Source of the DNA: Deltaproteobacteria bacterium
Lineage (GTDB): Bacteria > Desulfobacterota > Syntrophia > Syntrophales > UBA2185
Direction: 5' to 3'
Length of the DNA: 48,302 bases
Assembly: GCA_037143735.1 (NCBI GenBank)
Contig: JBAWYD010000002.1
Span: 1-48,302 of the forward strand
Shown here piece by piece: positions 20,354 through 30,079 of the stretch (positions are counted from its first letter, which is position 1; the number at the start of each line of letters is the position of its first letter). Position numbers and translations under genes: made by a program. Below the pieces are notes generated by a model that saw only the letters and a program-made list of their open reading frames with translations, searched no databases and had not been told where the DNA came from.

Positions 20354-21379
20354 TTACTCTTTTTTTCTTTCGATTTGATATCTTAAGACGGCCTTATTGT
20401 GATCTTTGAGATTGGATGAAAAATTGTGGGAACCGTTATTGTTGGACACAAAATAAAGATAATTAACAGGGGCGGGATAGAGGGCGGCACGTGTAGAATC
20501 AATGGCCGGATTTCCAATAGGGCTGGGTGGTAATCCGTTAATAACGTATGTATTATAAGGAGTTTCTCTCTTCAGGTGACTTCTTTTAACATGTCCATCG
20601 AAAGAATCAATGTTATATATGGCGGTGGGATCGCTCTGCAGCTTCATGCCTTTTTTGAGCCGGTTATGAAAAACGGCAGATATTAACGCTTTTTCACTTC
20701 CGTAACCTGATTCCTTTCCGATTATGGATGCCAGTATAACAATTTCTGGAAGAGTCATCCCAAGTTCAACTGCCCTTTTGCGCATTTCCGGTGTCACACT
20801 TTTCCAGAATCGCCCAACCATCATATTGATAATTTCCCTTGCCCCCATGGAACGGTCGAAAAAATAAGTGTCCGGATAGAGATATCCTTCGACAGAGGGG
20901 CTCTGTATTCCCAGAGAATGTAGGAATCTTGAATCTGAAGAGAGGCTCATGAATATCTTCTCATCAATCAGCTTAAATGATGCGAGGCGGGCTGCGATCT
21001 CTCTTACCGTGAAATCTTCAGGTATGGTAACAGGGTAGGACTTAATATCTCCACTGACCAGTTTATCCAGGATATCCAGGGGAGACGTGGAGGTTGACAG
21101 TTCATATTCTCCAGCTCTGATATGGCGGTGGACATTTTTTGATATAACGAGCAGATAGAACATATATCTGTTCTTTACAAGGCCGGCATTTTCAAGAATA
21201 TCTACGGACTGAATAAAGCTTGTGCCTTTTGGAATATCAACGATTGAAGTGACATTACGGTTATCCAGTGGGGTTAAGGCATAAAACAACAGGGAAAAAA
21301 TCACGAAGATGAAAAGCCCCGTTATTGCAAAGGCGACACGCCTGCTGTTTCTATGGACGATTTTTTTTAAGCTTTTCAT
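20354..21379 (-). CDS. mltG: endolytic murein transglycosylase MltG (YceG family)
   Basis: 341 aa with an N-terminal TM and a YceG-like C-terminal core (ASIIGKESG...PYNTYVINGLPPSPIGNP). Confidence 0.88.
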   Translation of the reverse strand: MKSLKKIVHRNSRRVAFAITGLFIFVIFSLLFYALTPLDNRNVTSIVDIPKGTSFIQSVDILENAGLVKNRYMFYLLVISKNVHRHIRAGEYELSTSTSPLDILDKLVSGDIKSYPVTIPEDFTVREIAARLASFKLIDEKIFMSLSSDSRFLHSLGIQSPSVEGYLYPDTYFFDRSMGAREIINMMVGRFWKSVTPEMRKRAVELGMTLPEIVILASIIGKESGYGSEKALISAVFHNRLKKGMKLQSDPTAIYNIDSFDGHVKRSHLKRETPYNTYVINGLPPSPIGNPAIDSTRAALYPAPVNYLYFVSNNNGSHNFSSNLKDHNKAVLRYQIERKKE

Positions 21380-21396
21380 GAATTTAAGCGCCCCCT

Positions 21397-21825
21397 CTAC
21401 GGGATATTCACTTCATATTTCAGGGATGCCATATAACCTTTGAGAATCAGGGTGGCGGCAAGCTGATCCACGACACTTTTCCTTTTCTTCCTGCGAACGT
21501 TTGCCTGAAAGAGGATATCCTCCGCTTCCTTTGTCGTCAGGGTTTCATCCCATTTGATCACCGGCAGTAAAAATGAAGTTTCGAGCACCTTTGAGAACGT
21601 ATCGACCTTTTCACATTGAATACCCGCAGTACCATCTATTCTGATCGGATAACCGACGACGATTTTTTCCACATTATATTTTTTGATAATCTCAGACAAG
21701 GCTTCGAGAAGCTGCTTCCTGTTACGTCTTATGATGGTTGTGATGCCATAGGCGGTTATTCCCAGCTCATCGCAAATTGCAACGCCGATCCTTTTGCTGC
21801 CGTAGTCGAGACCAAGTATTCTCAT
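21397..21825 (-). CDS. ruvX: YqgF/RuvX putative pre-16S rRNA nuclease (Holliday-junction-resolvase-like)
   Basis: MRILGLDYGSKRIGVAICD N-terminus; 142 aa. Confidence 0.9.
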   Translation of the reverse strand: MRILGLDYGSKRIGVAICDELGITAYGITTIIRRNRKQLLEALSEIIKKYNVEKIVVGYPIRIDGTAGIQCEKVDTFSKVLETSFLLPVIKWDETLTTKEAEDILFQANVRRKKRKSVVDQLAATLILKGYMASLKYEVNIP

Positions 21826-21941
21826 AAAAGACCCTTATAAAACCTGATTTTATATCAGATATATCATGTATATTTCAAGACAAATATTATGAACACCTTT
21901 TTGTCATTGTGAAAACCCGGGGAGTTTGTTATCTTGCCTCC

Positions 21942-23861
21942 ATGAAACATATTGTGCTCGGTACAGCGGGACATGTCGACCATGGAAAAACGGCGCTCAT
22001 CAAGGCCCTCACCGGTGTCGATACAGACAGACTCAAGGAGGAAAAGGAGCGGGGTATTTCCATTGAGCTTGGTTTTGCCTCTTTGTATCTTCGAGATCAG
22101 CATGTTCTTGGTGTTGTCGATGTCCCCGGTCATGAGCGATTTATCAGGAACATGGTTTCCGGTGCGGCCGGAATCGACCTGGTGGTTCTCGTCATAGCAG
22201 CGGATGAGGGCGTCATGCCCCAGACGCGGGAGCACCTGCAGATCTGTACTCTCCTGGGTATCAACAAAGGGATCGTTGCCATCACCAAAATCGATCTTGT
22301 TGATGTGGACTGGCTTGACCTTGTAGAAGATGATGTCAGTCAATTTATTAAGGGAACCTTTTTAGAAGATGCACCCCTCATTCCCGTGTCTTCTCTATCA
22401 GGAGCGGGACTCTCCGAGTTAATTGATGCGCTGAGCTCCATGGCTGGAGAAATTGACGAAGATTCTGATTCAGGAATTTTCAGACTCCCCATTGATCGGG
22501 TTTTTACCATGAAGGGCTTCGGAACGGTTGTTACGGGGACATTGACATCGGGAAATGTGAAAGTAGGTGAAGAAATTGCGGTTTTACCTCGCGGGACACT
22601 GGCAAAAATACGCGGTATTCAGATTCACAACCAAACCGCATCCTTAGCGGAGGCAGGTCAGAGGACAGCCATCAACCTTCAGGGTGTCGAGAAGGCAATC
22701 ATCGAGAGGGGGGATGTTCTTGCCCGACCCCATACCTTTAGTCTTTCTAAACGGCTGGATGTCCGTGTGAAATATCTTCCCGGTCATGATAGAAAGATTA
22801 AAAACAGGAGTCTCGTCCGTTTTCATGCAGGAACCAGCGAGGTAATCGCCCGGATGATTCTCCTCGACAGAGAAGAACTCGCATCGGGAGAAGAGGGAAA
22901 TGCGCAGATCATACTGGTAGCTCCAACGATTGCCATGGCGGGAGACAGATTTGTCCTGAGGAGCTATTCGCCGGTTACGACCATTGGTGGGGGGGTGATT
23001 GTTGATCCTTTACCGAGGAAACATAAGAGATATGCGGAGAGGGTGAATCGTGAATTTGGCCTGTTGCGTGATGGCGCGGATTCAGAGAAAATTGCCACGA
23101 TTATTGAACGGAATGGGTTGGGAGGGATTGATATTCCTCAACTAAGGGTCAGAACAGGACTGCATCAGGATGTCATAAATAAAGCCCTGGATGTCATGTA
23201 TTTTCAAAAAAAGGCAGTCCGTATTGATGTTGAAGATCCCAGAGTGGTTTCTTTTCATATTTATCAGAATTTTCAGGATAAAATCCTGGAAGAGGCCCGG
23301 GCATACCATGGAAAGTTTCCATTGAAAGATGGTATGTTGAAAGAAGAACTGAGGAATAACATGGGGCCATTCATCAGTTCAAAGCTTTTCAATATGGCAG
23401 TACGGGATCTGGAAAAGAGCGGTCAGCTTGTCGTTGACAGAGAAATCGTCCGCATGTCGGGACATCGGGTGGATCTGAAGGGAGAACTTGGAGGCCTCCG
23501 GAGTGAGATTGCGGAACTGTATATTAATGCCGGACTGATGCCTCCTACGGTACGGGAGATCATGACGACGTTTTCGGATCAGAGGGACAGGACAGAAAAT
23601 GTTCTGGGCGTTATGTTAAAAGAAGGCGCTCTGGTCAAGATAAACGAAGATCTGTACTTCCACAGGGATGTTATTCATCAACTTCGAGAAAGTTATAAAA
23701 ACCTTCTTCAAAAAGACGGCAAGGCCACACCGGCAAGTTTCAAGGAATTGACGGGTCTGACAAGGAAGTTCATCATTCCATTGATGGAATATTTTGATAT
23801 GACGAAACTTACGATCAGAGCAGGGGATCACCGCATTCTGAGAGAAAGGGAAGTGAAGTGA
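21942..23861 (+). CDS. selB: selenocysteine-specific translation elongation factor SelB
   Basis: G1 [12 protein letters not shown]3 DVPGHERF, G4 ITKIDL, and a long winged-helix C-terminal extension. Start trimmed to ATG 21942 ([11 protein letters not shown]). The ORF-track GTG at 21909 adds 11 aa. Confidence 0.9.
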   Translation: MKHIVLGTAGHVDHGKTALIKALTGVDTDRLKEEKERGISIELGFASLYLRDQHVLGVVDVPGHERFIRNMVSGAAGIDLVVLVIAADEGVMPQTREHLQICTLLGINKGIVAITKIDLVDVDWLDLVEDDVSQFIKGTFLEDAPLIPVSSLSGAGLSELIDALSSMAGEIDEDSDSGIFRLPIDRVFTMKGFGTVVTGTLTSGNVKVGEEIAVLPRGTLAKIRGIQIHNQTASLAEAGQRTAINLQGVEKAIIERGDVLARPHTFSLSKRLDVRVKYLPGHDRKIKNRSLVRFHAGTSEVIARMILLDREELASGEEGNAQIILVAPTIAMAGDRFVLRSYSPVTTIGGGVIVDPLPRKHKRYAERVNREFGLLRDGADSEKIATIIERNGLGGIDIPQLRVRTGLHQDVINKALDVMYFQKKAVRIDVEDPRVVSFHIYQNFQDKILEEARAYHGKFPLKDGMLKEELRNNMGPFISSKLFNMAVRDLEKSGQLVVDREIVRMSGHRVDLKGELGGLRSEIAELYINAGLMPPTVREIMTTFSDQRDRTENVLGVMLKEGALVKINEDLYFHRDVIHQLRESYKNLLQKDGKATPASFKELTGLTRKFIIPLMEYFDMTKLTIRAGDHRILREREVK

Positions 23862-24658
23862 TGCAGGACAGGTCCTTTGCGGGGGTGGAACAATGCGATA
23901 TTTTTATTTACGGGGACAAGGGAATTTCTGTAGAATCCGTACCGATCATACGTGAAGTGTCTCTGGGGATATTCCTTGATGGCATTGAAATGGTGTCGAT
24001 CGCCTGTAACGGGAACTACCTGAGGGAACTTGCCGTTGGCTTCCTCCGATCAGAAGGTTTTATCGGGACTGCTTCCGATATCAAAAGAATTGATATGTCT
24101 GATGATGGGGGGGCCGTTCATATTTTTACGAAAGATGCGATTCCGCAACAAAAAAGACAGCCCTGTGAGCCGGACACCATCGCGTCCAGCGGATCCAGAG
24201 GCTGGAAAAGGGAGAACAAGGCCCAGCGCCGGGAGGATTTGTCGGCACGAAAGATATTTATATCTGTTAAAAACGTGTTTAACCTGATGAAGAGATTCGT
24301 GGATCTGTCACGTCTTCACCAGGTGACCGGCGGCACCCATTCTGCTGCCCTGGCTCACGGTGATCGCATTTTAACGGTGAGAGAAGATATCGGAAGACAT
24401 AATACCATAGATATGCTGGGCGGCTACGCCGTCCTGAAAGGAATTGATTGTTCCGATAAAATCATCCTGAGAACGGGCAGGGTTTCTGCAGAAATTGTCC
24501 ACAAGGTCTGGAATCTTGAGATACCTGTGATGATCTCCCTGTCTGTTCCTACGTCAATGGCCGTGCAGTTGTGCCGGGAAGCGGGAATAACTCTGATAGG
24601 ATCTGTAAGGGGAGAAAAAATGAAGGTGTATAGTCATGAATGGCGGATCGAACATTGA
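23858..24658 (+). CDS. fdhD: FdhD-family formate dehydrogenase accessory protein (divergent; the cysteine loop is missing)
   Basis: 266 aa. FdhD core motifs TGGTHSAAL and EDIGRHNTIDML, plus the C-terminal SVPTSMAVQLCREAGITLIG. 4-nt overlap (GTGATG) with selB. Confidence 0.8.
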   Translation: MMQDRSFAGVEQCDIFIYGDKGISVESVPIIREVSLGIFLDGIEMVSIACNGNYLRELAVGFLRSEGFIGTASDIKRIDMSDDGGAVHIFTKDAIPQQKRQPCEPDTIASSGSRGWKRENKAQRREDLSARKIFISVKNVFNLMKRFVDLSRLHQVTGGTHSAALAHGDRILTVREDIGRHNTIDMLGGYAVLKGIDCSDKIILRTGRVSAEIVHKVWNLEIPVMISLSVPTSMAVQLCREAGITLIGSVRGEKMKVYSHEWRIEH

Positions 24659-25605
24659 AAACAAAAACGATTTATACGAAAAATATACGCGCCGGGGAAA
24701 AAATCAGTGAATCCTTCCTTGTAACGGAAAAGAATCTGGCTTTTTCTCAGAAGGGGTCTCCCTATCTCAACCTTCGTCTGAAAGATAAAACGGGAGAGAT
24801 GGAGGGGAAAATATGGGAGAATGCGACTGAATTGGACAAACAATTCAAAAGGGGAGACATCGTCCATGTTCAGTCCAGGGCTGTCAGTTTCAAAAATATG
24901 ATCCAGCTTTCCATCAACGAGATAAAGAAAATGGAGGATTCCGAGGTCAATCCATCTGACTATTTTCCGGCAGCCGGAAGAGACATTGAAGAGATATTTA
25001 AGGAGATGATGTCCTATGTCGAGGATATTAACACCCCATGCCTGAAGTCCCTGCTGGAGGAGTTTTTCAAGGACGACAGCACCGCCATACTGTTCAAAAA
25101 AGCCCCAGCGGCAAAAAGTTTTCACCATGTCTATATAGGAGGACTTCTTGAACATACACTATCGGTTGTGAAGCTTCTGGGAACAGTGGCGGACCATTAT
25201 CCCGGGGTTGACAGGGATATTCTCATAACCGGCGGTCTTCTCCATGATATCGGGAAAATTTACGAATTTTCCTATGACAGGATCATTGATTACAGTGACC
25301 AGGGAAGGCTGATTGGGCATATCGTCATCGGCATCGAGATGCTGAATGCTAAAATTGCCGCAATAAAAGATTTTCCTGATGCTCTGGCCATGGAACTAAG
25401 GCACTTGATCCTCAGCCATCACGGGTCCCAGGAATTCGGTTCACCCAAGCGTCCCAAAACCCTGGAAGCTCTCATCGTCCACCATATTGACGATCTTGAC
25501 GCGAAGGTAAATGCCTTTCAGGGATTCATTGAAGAATCCCGCGACGAAGAGTCAAGCTGGACGCCCTTCCACAGGTTATTGGATCGGTTTATCTACAAAG
25601 GGTGA
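24640..25605 (+). CDS. OB-fold plus HD-domain 3'-5' exoribonuclease, YhaM-like
   Basis: N-terminal OB fold (YLNLRLKDKTGEMEGKIWE...GDIVHVQ). HD domain with HHVYIGGLLEHT and GGLLHDIGK. Confidence 0.75.
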   Translation: MADRTLKTKTIYTKNIRAGEKISESFLVTEKNLAFSQKGSPYLNLRLKDKTGEMEGKIWENATELDKQFKRGDIVHVQSRAVSFKNMIQLSINEIKKMEDSEVNPSDYFPAAGRDIEEIFKEMMSYVEDINTPCLKSLLEEFFKDDSTAILFKKAPAAKSFHHVYIGGLLEHTLSVVKLLGTVADHYPGVDRDILITGGLLHDIGKIYEFSYDRIIDYSDQGRLIGHIVIGIEMLNAKIAAIKDFPDALAMELRHLILSHHGSQEFGSPKRPKTLEALIVHHIDDLDAKVNAFQGFIEESRDEESSWTPFHRLLDRFIYKG

Positions 25606-25701
25606 CCACTTGGAATCATTAAAAATTGTCTTCGTCAGGGATCAAAAACTTGCATTCGCCCTTCATAAATCCGCCTTCCGGTTTTTCAACGGACTGACCC
25701 T

Positions 25702-26667
25702 TTATACCGCTTCTATGGTGGAGGGTGGTTTTTTTGTGATATTATACGTTACGCTGACGACGTCAGGCACTTCCTCGGTTATTCTTTCTGCGAGATCCTC
25801 CAGGGTTTCATAAGGAAGTCTCATCGGTGCGCCTGTTCTGGCGTCGCTGCTTTGCCAGGATCGCAGTTCTATCTGAAGACCGAAGTCCCTCTTCCCGTTT
25901 CTTATTCCTGTCACCTTGTCCTCATGAAGAATGGCCAGAGACTGGAAAGCGCCGGTGTGACTTAGCGTTTCTTCAACGATTTTTGTGGCCTTTCTGATGA
26001 TTTCGACTCTTTCTTTTGTCACTTCCCCTATGATTCTTGCGGCCAGAGCAGGTCCGGGGAAGGGAGGCCTGTTGTAAATTGATTCCGGCAATCCCAACGC
26101 TTTTGCGATAGCCCTTACGGCCGGTTTTCTCAATGTTATCAAAGGTTCAATAACCTTGTAGCCAAATTTCTTCTCCGTATCGATGCCGAGTTGAACCAAG
26201 ACATTGTGCTGTCTTTTTATTCCCGCAACGGTTTCTTCCACATCTGTATAAATTGATCCCTGAAGGAGGTGTCTGGCGCCGGATTCCCGGACAAGCTGAC
26301 TGAATACATCCTTATAAAAGGTTCTTGTAATGGCTTCTCTTTTTTCTTCCGGATCTGTTAACCCTCTTAGCGCGTGAAAAAATTGTTTCTGGGCATCCAC
26401 AATTTCCACAGGAACATGGAGTGCTTTGAAAGATGAGGCGATCTGCGGTGGTTCCTCATGTCTCATAATGCCGTTATCAATGAAATAGGTTCTTAGGCGG
26501 TTTCCCAAAGCCCTGTAGCCCAGCATTGTCACCACGGATGAGTCGACGCCGCCCGACAGGGCATTTACGGCCAGGCCGTCGCCAACCGTTTCAGAAATTT
26601 CCTGGATTTGCTGTTCTATGAAGTCCTGCGGGTTTAAATCTTCTAATCTTAATTCATCAAAATTCAC
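25702..26667 (-). CDS. stand-alone GMP-synthase-like PP-loop ATP pyrophosphatase (GuaA C-terminal half, no glutaminase domain), divergent
   Basis: PP-loop ALSGGVDSSV, DPEEKREAI, QGSIYTDVEE, PPFPGPALAARIIGEVT and a C-terminal KKPPSTIE, all colinear with the GuaA ATP-PPase and dimerisation domains. GTG start with AAGGAGGAA 8 nt upstream. Confidence 0.75.
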   Translation of the reverse strand: MNFDELRLEDLNPQDFIEQQIQEISETVGDGLAVNALSGGVDSSVVTMLGYRALGNRLRTYFIDNGIMRHEEPPQIASSFKALHVPVEIVDAQKQFFHALRGLTDPEEKREAITRTFYKDVFSQLVRESGARHLLQGSIYTDVEETVAGIKRQHNVLVQLGIDTEKKFGYKVIEPLITLRKPAVRAIAKALGLPESIYNRPPFPGPALAARIIGEVTKERVEIIRKATKIVEETLSHTGAFQSLAILHEDKVTGIRNGKRDFGLQIELRSWQSSDARTGAPMRLPYETLEDLAERITEEVPDVVSVTYNITKKPPSTIEAV

Positions 26668-26730
26668 GAATCCTGTTCCTCCTTTATAAATGGATTTAAA
26701 TTATGTGTCCGAATTATCCATCAAACTACG

Positions 26731-27888
26731 TCAATAACGGAATACTGCCGCAAGCGGCGCCTCATCCGGCATCTCTTCCATGGTGAGGACGAAGACATTC
26801 CCGCCGCTCAGGAATGTCTGGATTGCAGCAAAATCGGTAAGACCCTCACTCCCCGTTCCCATCTCCCGGTGCAAATGAACTTCATTGTTTGCCGGGTTAA
26901 ATATTCCCCACTCCTGGTGTCCCTTTGTGATAAAGAGTAACCCGACTCTGCCGTGGTAGGCCGCCTGAACGATTTCACTGATATCCCTTGATGTAAGGCC
27001 GGTGCCGGACGATTGTCTGTACTGGGCTACGGCATCATTTTGGGTTTTTTGAAAATAGGGATTGACAATAGACCATGCATGTTTGTGCAATTGTTCCATG
27101 TTCACCCCCTTGGGGTTGCCTGTTATTCCATCATCCATCAGATGCGGGTATGTATTGGCTTCCCTGTAAATCGGAAAAAGATAGTCGACGCCTGCGAGAA
27201 CAAGGGGAGACCGCGCGTCCCTGAGAAGGTCATGTAATCCTCTATCAATTTTCCGAAAGTATTTTAAGATATTTTCCTTGTTATCATCCAGCTCAGCCCC
27301 ATGCCCGGAGATCATGGATGAACGATCTCCTCCCCTCGCTGCTCCCCTGTGGAAACGGACTTGTTTTTCCGGTTCATCGTATTGAAGTGCCTCGTTAAGG
27401 CTTTTCGGAATCGTGTCGATATCAATCTCCCTGACGTCCTGTTTTGTTCCTTCAAACAGGTGAATCTCATTCTGGCTGAGGGTCAGAATGTAAAAGCGAC
27501 CATCACCACTCAGTACGGGCAGAAGAGGTTCGACATGGAAACGGTCGGCCACGACAATCAGTTCGTCGAAATGAGTCGGCAGACAGTAGTAGCTGAATAT
27601 GCGGGAAGAAAGAAAGATGGCAAGACCGTCGCTCTGGTATTTCCAGAAAAGAATGTTGCCGACAAGCCCGTGAACAGGTTCCAGCAGTGTTCTGACTTCC
27701 TGGGGGCGACATCCGCCTGCCAGTAATTTTTCTTCAGCTACCCGAAGCAGGTTTCGTAACCGGATCTGATTTTGCTGGGCGGGGGCGCCGGCACGATAGG
27801 TGGGCATAAACATTGAGATGCACAAGCCGTTCTGTTTGGCCATCAACGATTTTAATTCATCCTTGGAAAATTCTTTCATCGTGTTCAT
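26731..27888 (-). CDS. eRF1/Pelota-like (bacterial aeRF1, baeRF-type) protein, uncharacterised
   Basis: 385 aa. The N-terminal signature LCISMFMPTYRAGAPAQQNQIRLRNLLRVAEEKL and the C-terminal tail FVLTMEEMPDEAPLAAVFRY match my recall of the baeRF families. There is a central glycine-rich loop, HRGAARGGDRSSMISGHG. No search was run. Confidence 0.5.
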   Translation of the reverse strand: MNTMKEFSKDELKSLMAKQNGLCISMFMPTYRAGAPAQQNQIRLRNLLRVAEEKLLAGGCRPQEVRTLLEPVHGLVGNILFWKYQSDGLAIFLSSRIFSYYCLPTHFDELIVVADRFHVEPLLPVLSGDGRFYILTLSQNEIHLFEGTKQDVREIDIDTIPKSLNEALQYDEPEKQVRFHRGAARGGDRSSMISGHGAELDDNKENILKYFRKIDRGLHDLLRDARSPLVLAGVDYLFPIYREANTYPHLMDDGITGNPKGVNMEQLHKHAWSIVNPYFQKTQNDAVAQYRQSSGTGLTSRDISEIVQAAYHGRVGLLFITKGHQEWGIFNPANNEVHLHREMGTGSEGLTDFAAIQTFLSGGNVFVLTMEEMPDEAPLAAVFRY

Positions 27889-28300
27889 CTCCCTTCTTTT
27901 GCCTGTTGGTTCACCTCATGTTACGGAATTTACGAGAACCCATATACCTCTCCTGTAAATCTTTATAAAGAACAGTCATCGCCACCCATGATTAATGTCC
28001 ATAAGTGTCTATTAAAAAACAGAATCCAGTCATGTTTGGTGTGTTATATTCAAGGCCGGTCTTGTCTGGAAGACGGTTGAGAGATTGAATAATTTTCCTC
28101 CCTCGGCGATATTGGATGGTTATTGTTTTTCACCTTGTCAATATCTGGCTCTAAATATAAATGATTCTGTGGTAAGAAAGCAAACACTTTTATTTTATGG
28201 TCCACACGAAAGGTTCCTTAAGATTCCTCTTTGAAGATGTGAGGGAGTTGTGGTACAAAAAACGCTCCCTGAAATCCTTAATTTAACAGATATTTAGATT

Positions 28301-29422
28301 ATGAAAACGGTAAAATGCACCATTGACTCCGGATCATGGGAATCTGCCTCAGCGCGGAACTGGTCAGACTGGATGTGGCAAATGAGACATCGCATCCATA
28401 CGATTCCTCAATTGGCCGGAATACTGGGCAAATCCCCCGAGAACCTTGGCGAATTTATAGAGGTGAGCAGGCGTTATCCCTTTTGCATTACCCCTTACTA
28501 TCTTTCCCTGATGGACCTGGCGAACATGAATGATCCGCTTCGCTTGCAGTGTTTTCCTGATGCGAGGGAAATTCATTTTTCCCTGGGAGGGGTGGAAGAC
28601 CCTCTTGCGGAAAATCGGGACATGCCCGTTCCGGGTTTGATTCATCGTTATCGGGATCGGTGCCTGACCCTTGTGACAAATATTTGCACGACATACTGCC
28701 GACACTGCAACCGCAAACGCATGTGGGGGCATAACGGCGTGACACGAAACCGTCTATATCTCCGGCGCATGATTGACTATATCGAAATGACAACAGGTAT
28801 TCGAGAAGTTATCGTTTCTGGCGGGGATCCATTGACCATGGAGGAGGAAACCCTTGAGTGGTTCCTCAAGTCCCTGCGATCCATCCCTCACGTAGAAGTG
28901 CTGCGTATAGGAAGCCGGGTTCCTGTGGTCATGCCGATGAGGGTGACTCGTTTTCTTTGTTCCATGTTGCGAAAATACCGGCCCCTGTGGTTTAATACGC
29001 AATTCAATCATCCGAATGAGATTACAAAGGAATCGGCAAGGGCTTGTGAGATGCTGCTCGACGCGGGGATTCCTGTCTCGAACCAGAGTGTCCTGCTTCG
29101 GGGGATAAACGACAACTATAAAACAATGCGGGAACTTCTTTACGGCCTTCAGCGGATTTCAGTGAGGCCTTATTACCTGTTTCAATGTGATCCCGTGGAA
29201 GGTACAGACCATTTCCGTGCAGATACGGGAGCAGGTTTGAGAATCATGGAAAAGCTCTGGGAAAATATGCCGGGACTTTGTATACCCCAATATGTGCTTG
29301 ATGTTCCCGGGGGGAGAGGGAAGGTGCCTCTCTTTCAGCTCTGCTCGGAATCTTTTTCGCGGAAAATCTTTAATTCGTCCTGCATAATGCATTCGTCAAA
29401 AGAATCTTATTCCGATGGATAA
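28301..29422 (+). CDS. epmB: lysine 2,3-aminomutase-family radical SAM enzyme, EF-P beta-lysylation protein EpmB
   Basis: KamA-type N-terminus NWSDWMWQMRHRI. Cluster motif CTTYCRHCNRKRMW. Lies directly upstream of efp and epmA. Confidence 0.85.
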   Translation: MKTVKCTIDSGSWESASARNWSDWMWQMRHRIHTIPQLAGILGKSPENLGEFIEVSRRYPFCITPYYLSLMDLANMNDPLRLQCFPDAREIHFSLGGVEDPLAENRDMPVPGLIHRYRDRCLTLVTNICTTYCRHCNRKRMWGHNGVTRNRLYLRRMIDYIEMTTGIREVIVSGGDPLTMEEETLEWFLKSLRSIPHVEVLRIGSRVPVVMPMRVTRFLCSMLRKYRPLWFNTQFNHPNEITKESARACEMLLDAGIPVSNQSVLLRGINDNYKTMRELLYGLQRISVRPYYLFQCDPVEGTDHFRADTGAGLRIMEKLWENMPGLCIPQYVLDVPGGRGKVPLFQLCSESFSRKIFNSSCIMHSSKESYSDG

Positions 29423-29508
29423 AAAAATCGGGAAATCAGGTATATTGATGGAGGCCGGATGAAATGATAAAAAAAGTGATTCATGAAAAATAAGGGAGGG
29501 GAAACAAT

Positions 29509-30072
29509 ATGTACAATGCCAGTGATTTGAAGAAGGGGTTGAGTATTAAGATCGACAATGAACCCTATGTCATTACCGAATTCAACTTTGTGAAGCCTGG
29601 TAAGGGTCAGGCGTTATATCGTTCCAAATTGAAGAATATGATTACAGGTTCTCAATTTGAGAGGACATTTCGTTCCGTGGATACATTTGAGCCTGCGGAC
29701 CTTCGGGAGAGAAAAATGCAATATCTCTACAAAGAAGAAGGGTCATACTGCTTCATGGATAGTGAAAGTTATGAGCAGGTTTTTTTGACGGAAGATCAGG
29801 CGGGGGAGGCAAAAAATTATCTCATTGATAATCTGGACGTTCAGATTATGTTTTTTGAAGACAGGCCTTTAGGAATCAATCTGCCGAATTTTGTCGATCT
29901 CATTGTTGTTTCGGCCGAACCGTGGGCCAAAGGAGACTCCGTTTCAGGGAAAATGAAGCCGGTAACTCTGCAAACAGGGTACCAGATTCAGGTGCCCCCT
30001 TTTATCGAGGAGGGGGAAAAGATTCGTGTGGACACACGAAGCGGAGAGTATCTCACAAGAGTCAAGGGATGA
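29509..30072 (+). CDS. efp: translation elongation factor P
   Basis: 187 aa. Modification loop FVKPGKGQALYRSKL, the lysine type compatible with EpmA/EpmB. Strong SD AAGGGAGGGG. Confidence 0.97.
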   Translation: MYNASDLKKGLSIKIDNEPYVITEFNFVKPGKGQALYRSKLKNMITGSQFERTFRSVDTFEPADLRERKMQYLYKEEGSYCFMDSESYEQVFLTEDQAGEAKNYLIDNLDVQIMFFEDRPLGINLPNFVDLIVVSAEPWAKGDSVSGKMKPVTLQTGYQIQVPPFIEEGEKIRVDTRSGEYLTRVKG

Positions 30073-30079
30073 TCTGCCC

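Noticed and set aside
21864-22343. 159-aa minus-strand ORF overlapping the selB 5' end
   Set aside because: Antisense to the highly conserved SelB GTPase domain. No motifs. The ruvX-selB gap is better explained as a divergent promoter region.
24634-25155. 173-aa minus-strand ORF
   Set aside because: Antisense to the YhaM-like OB/HD gene, whose motifs are unambiguous.
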